Source: Welwitschia mirabilis (Eukaryota). From it: DNA of 35,228 nucleotides. The position numbers were made by a program, and so were the translations under genes. Numbering within the stretch: the stretch's first letter is position 1; each line of letters begins with the position of its first letter. Below the pieces are notes generated by a model that was not told where the DNA came from, ran no database searches, and saw only the letters and a list, made by a program, of their open reading frames with translations. This document shows positions 34,850-35,228 of this stretch, piece after piece. The stretch covers positions 4,280,320 to 4,315,547 of the forward strand of contig JBOZIK010000001.1 in the NCBI GenBank assembly GCA_051453625.1, in the 5' to 3' direction.

Positions 34850-35228
34850 GATGAGATAATCCTTAGTTTATTTTTAAGATAAACAAAAGTATTAAAATTT
34901 AGGGGTTTATTAAAAATATCTTCCAGTTATTGGTCTAAAGTCATAATGTTCATAGAGATGTGTCGTTTTTCAATTTAGTCTCATAAAAAATGATGTATTA
35001 GCTCAATATGCTTCATTCTTGATTATTAAATGGAATTTTTTGATATATTCATAGCACTGGTATTGTTACAGAAAATAGAAACTTGTTTAAAATTAACACT
35101 AAAATCCTTTAGTATTTCATTCATCCACAAAATATGAGTGCAACAATTTCCTACTATAATATATTTTTCTTCTATAGTAGAGAGAGAAATAGAGTTTAAT
35201 TTCTTATGTACCTATCCTATTAAACATG
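34850..35228 (-). pseudogene. pol: Decayed copia RNase H domain
   Basis: IFCNNTSAMNISKNSI**SRMKHIELIHHFL*D*IEK...LEDIFNKPL (cf. [31 protein letters not shown]...LADIFTKPL). Confidence 0.9.

Larger units (their letters stand above)
32666..35228 (-). mobile_element. 3' end of SIRE-like Ty1/copia element 2 (RNase H, PPT-rich spacer, 3' LTR) inserted in the gag of Tat copy 2b
   Basis: The minus-strand LTR end reads aacctatttattccccctatagggttctcaatcctatCA. Internal PPT-like tracts AAGGGGGAG (34203-34211) and gtcaaaagagaaagaa (~34598-34613). SIRE-type RNase H at the right edge. Confidence 0.8.

Noticed and set aside
34170..34850. Envelope-like ORF between pol and the 3' LTR of SIRE-like element 2 (and 1-320 for element 1)
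   Set aside because: The visible interval is short and I could not read any convincing frame or motif.
1..35228. Fungal repeat-induced point mutation as the cause of the AT richness
   Set aside because: The elements belong to plant lineages (Tat with aRH, SIRE-like copia), so methylation-driven deamination is the simpler explanation.

Overview
This is very AT-rich, CpG-depleted plant nuclear DNA with four N-gaps. I see no host gene, RNA gene, CRISPR array or prokaryotic feature. Almost all of it is a nested stack of decayed LTR retrotransposons. Left part (+ strand): an old Ty1/copia element (integrase-RT-RNase H, 3' LTR ~8310-8689) is interrupted by the 3' end of a SIRE-like copia element (LTR 767-2218). 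It is also interrupted by an RT-less copia derivative with paired LTRs (3925-7556). Right part (- strand): a near-complete Ty3/gypsy Tat-clade (Ogre-like) element (~9037-21245) has the order gag-PR / intron-like spacer / RT-RH-aRH-INT. A related RT-less derivative (~21251-25326) sits in its 5' LTR. A third related copy (25427-32665) follows, and its gag is interrupted by a second SIRE-like element running off the right edge. All coding domains are pseudogenised, mostly by C>T/G>A changes. The most interesting signals are: (i) an unrecognised extra reading frame just downstream of integrase, conserved at codon level in all three Tat copies including the one that lost RT/INT; (ii) a conserved stop plus candidate splice acceptor between protease and RT; (iii) a conserved ~1.2 kb 3' block and a hairpin next to the polypurine tract. 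All translations and alignments were done by eye, and boundaries are approximate.
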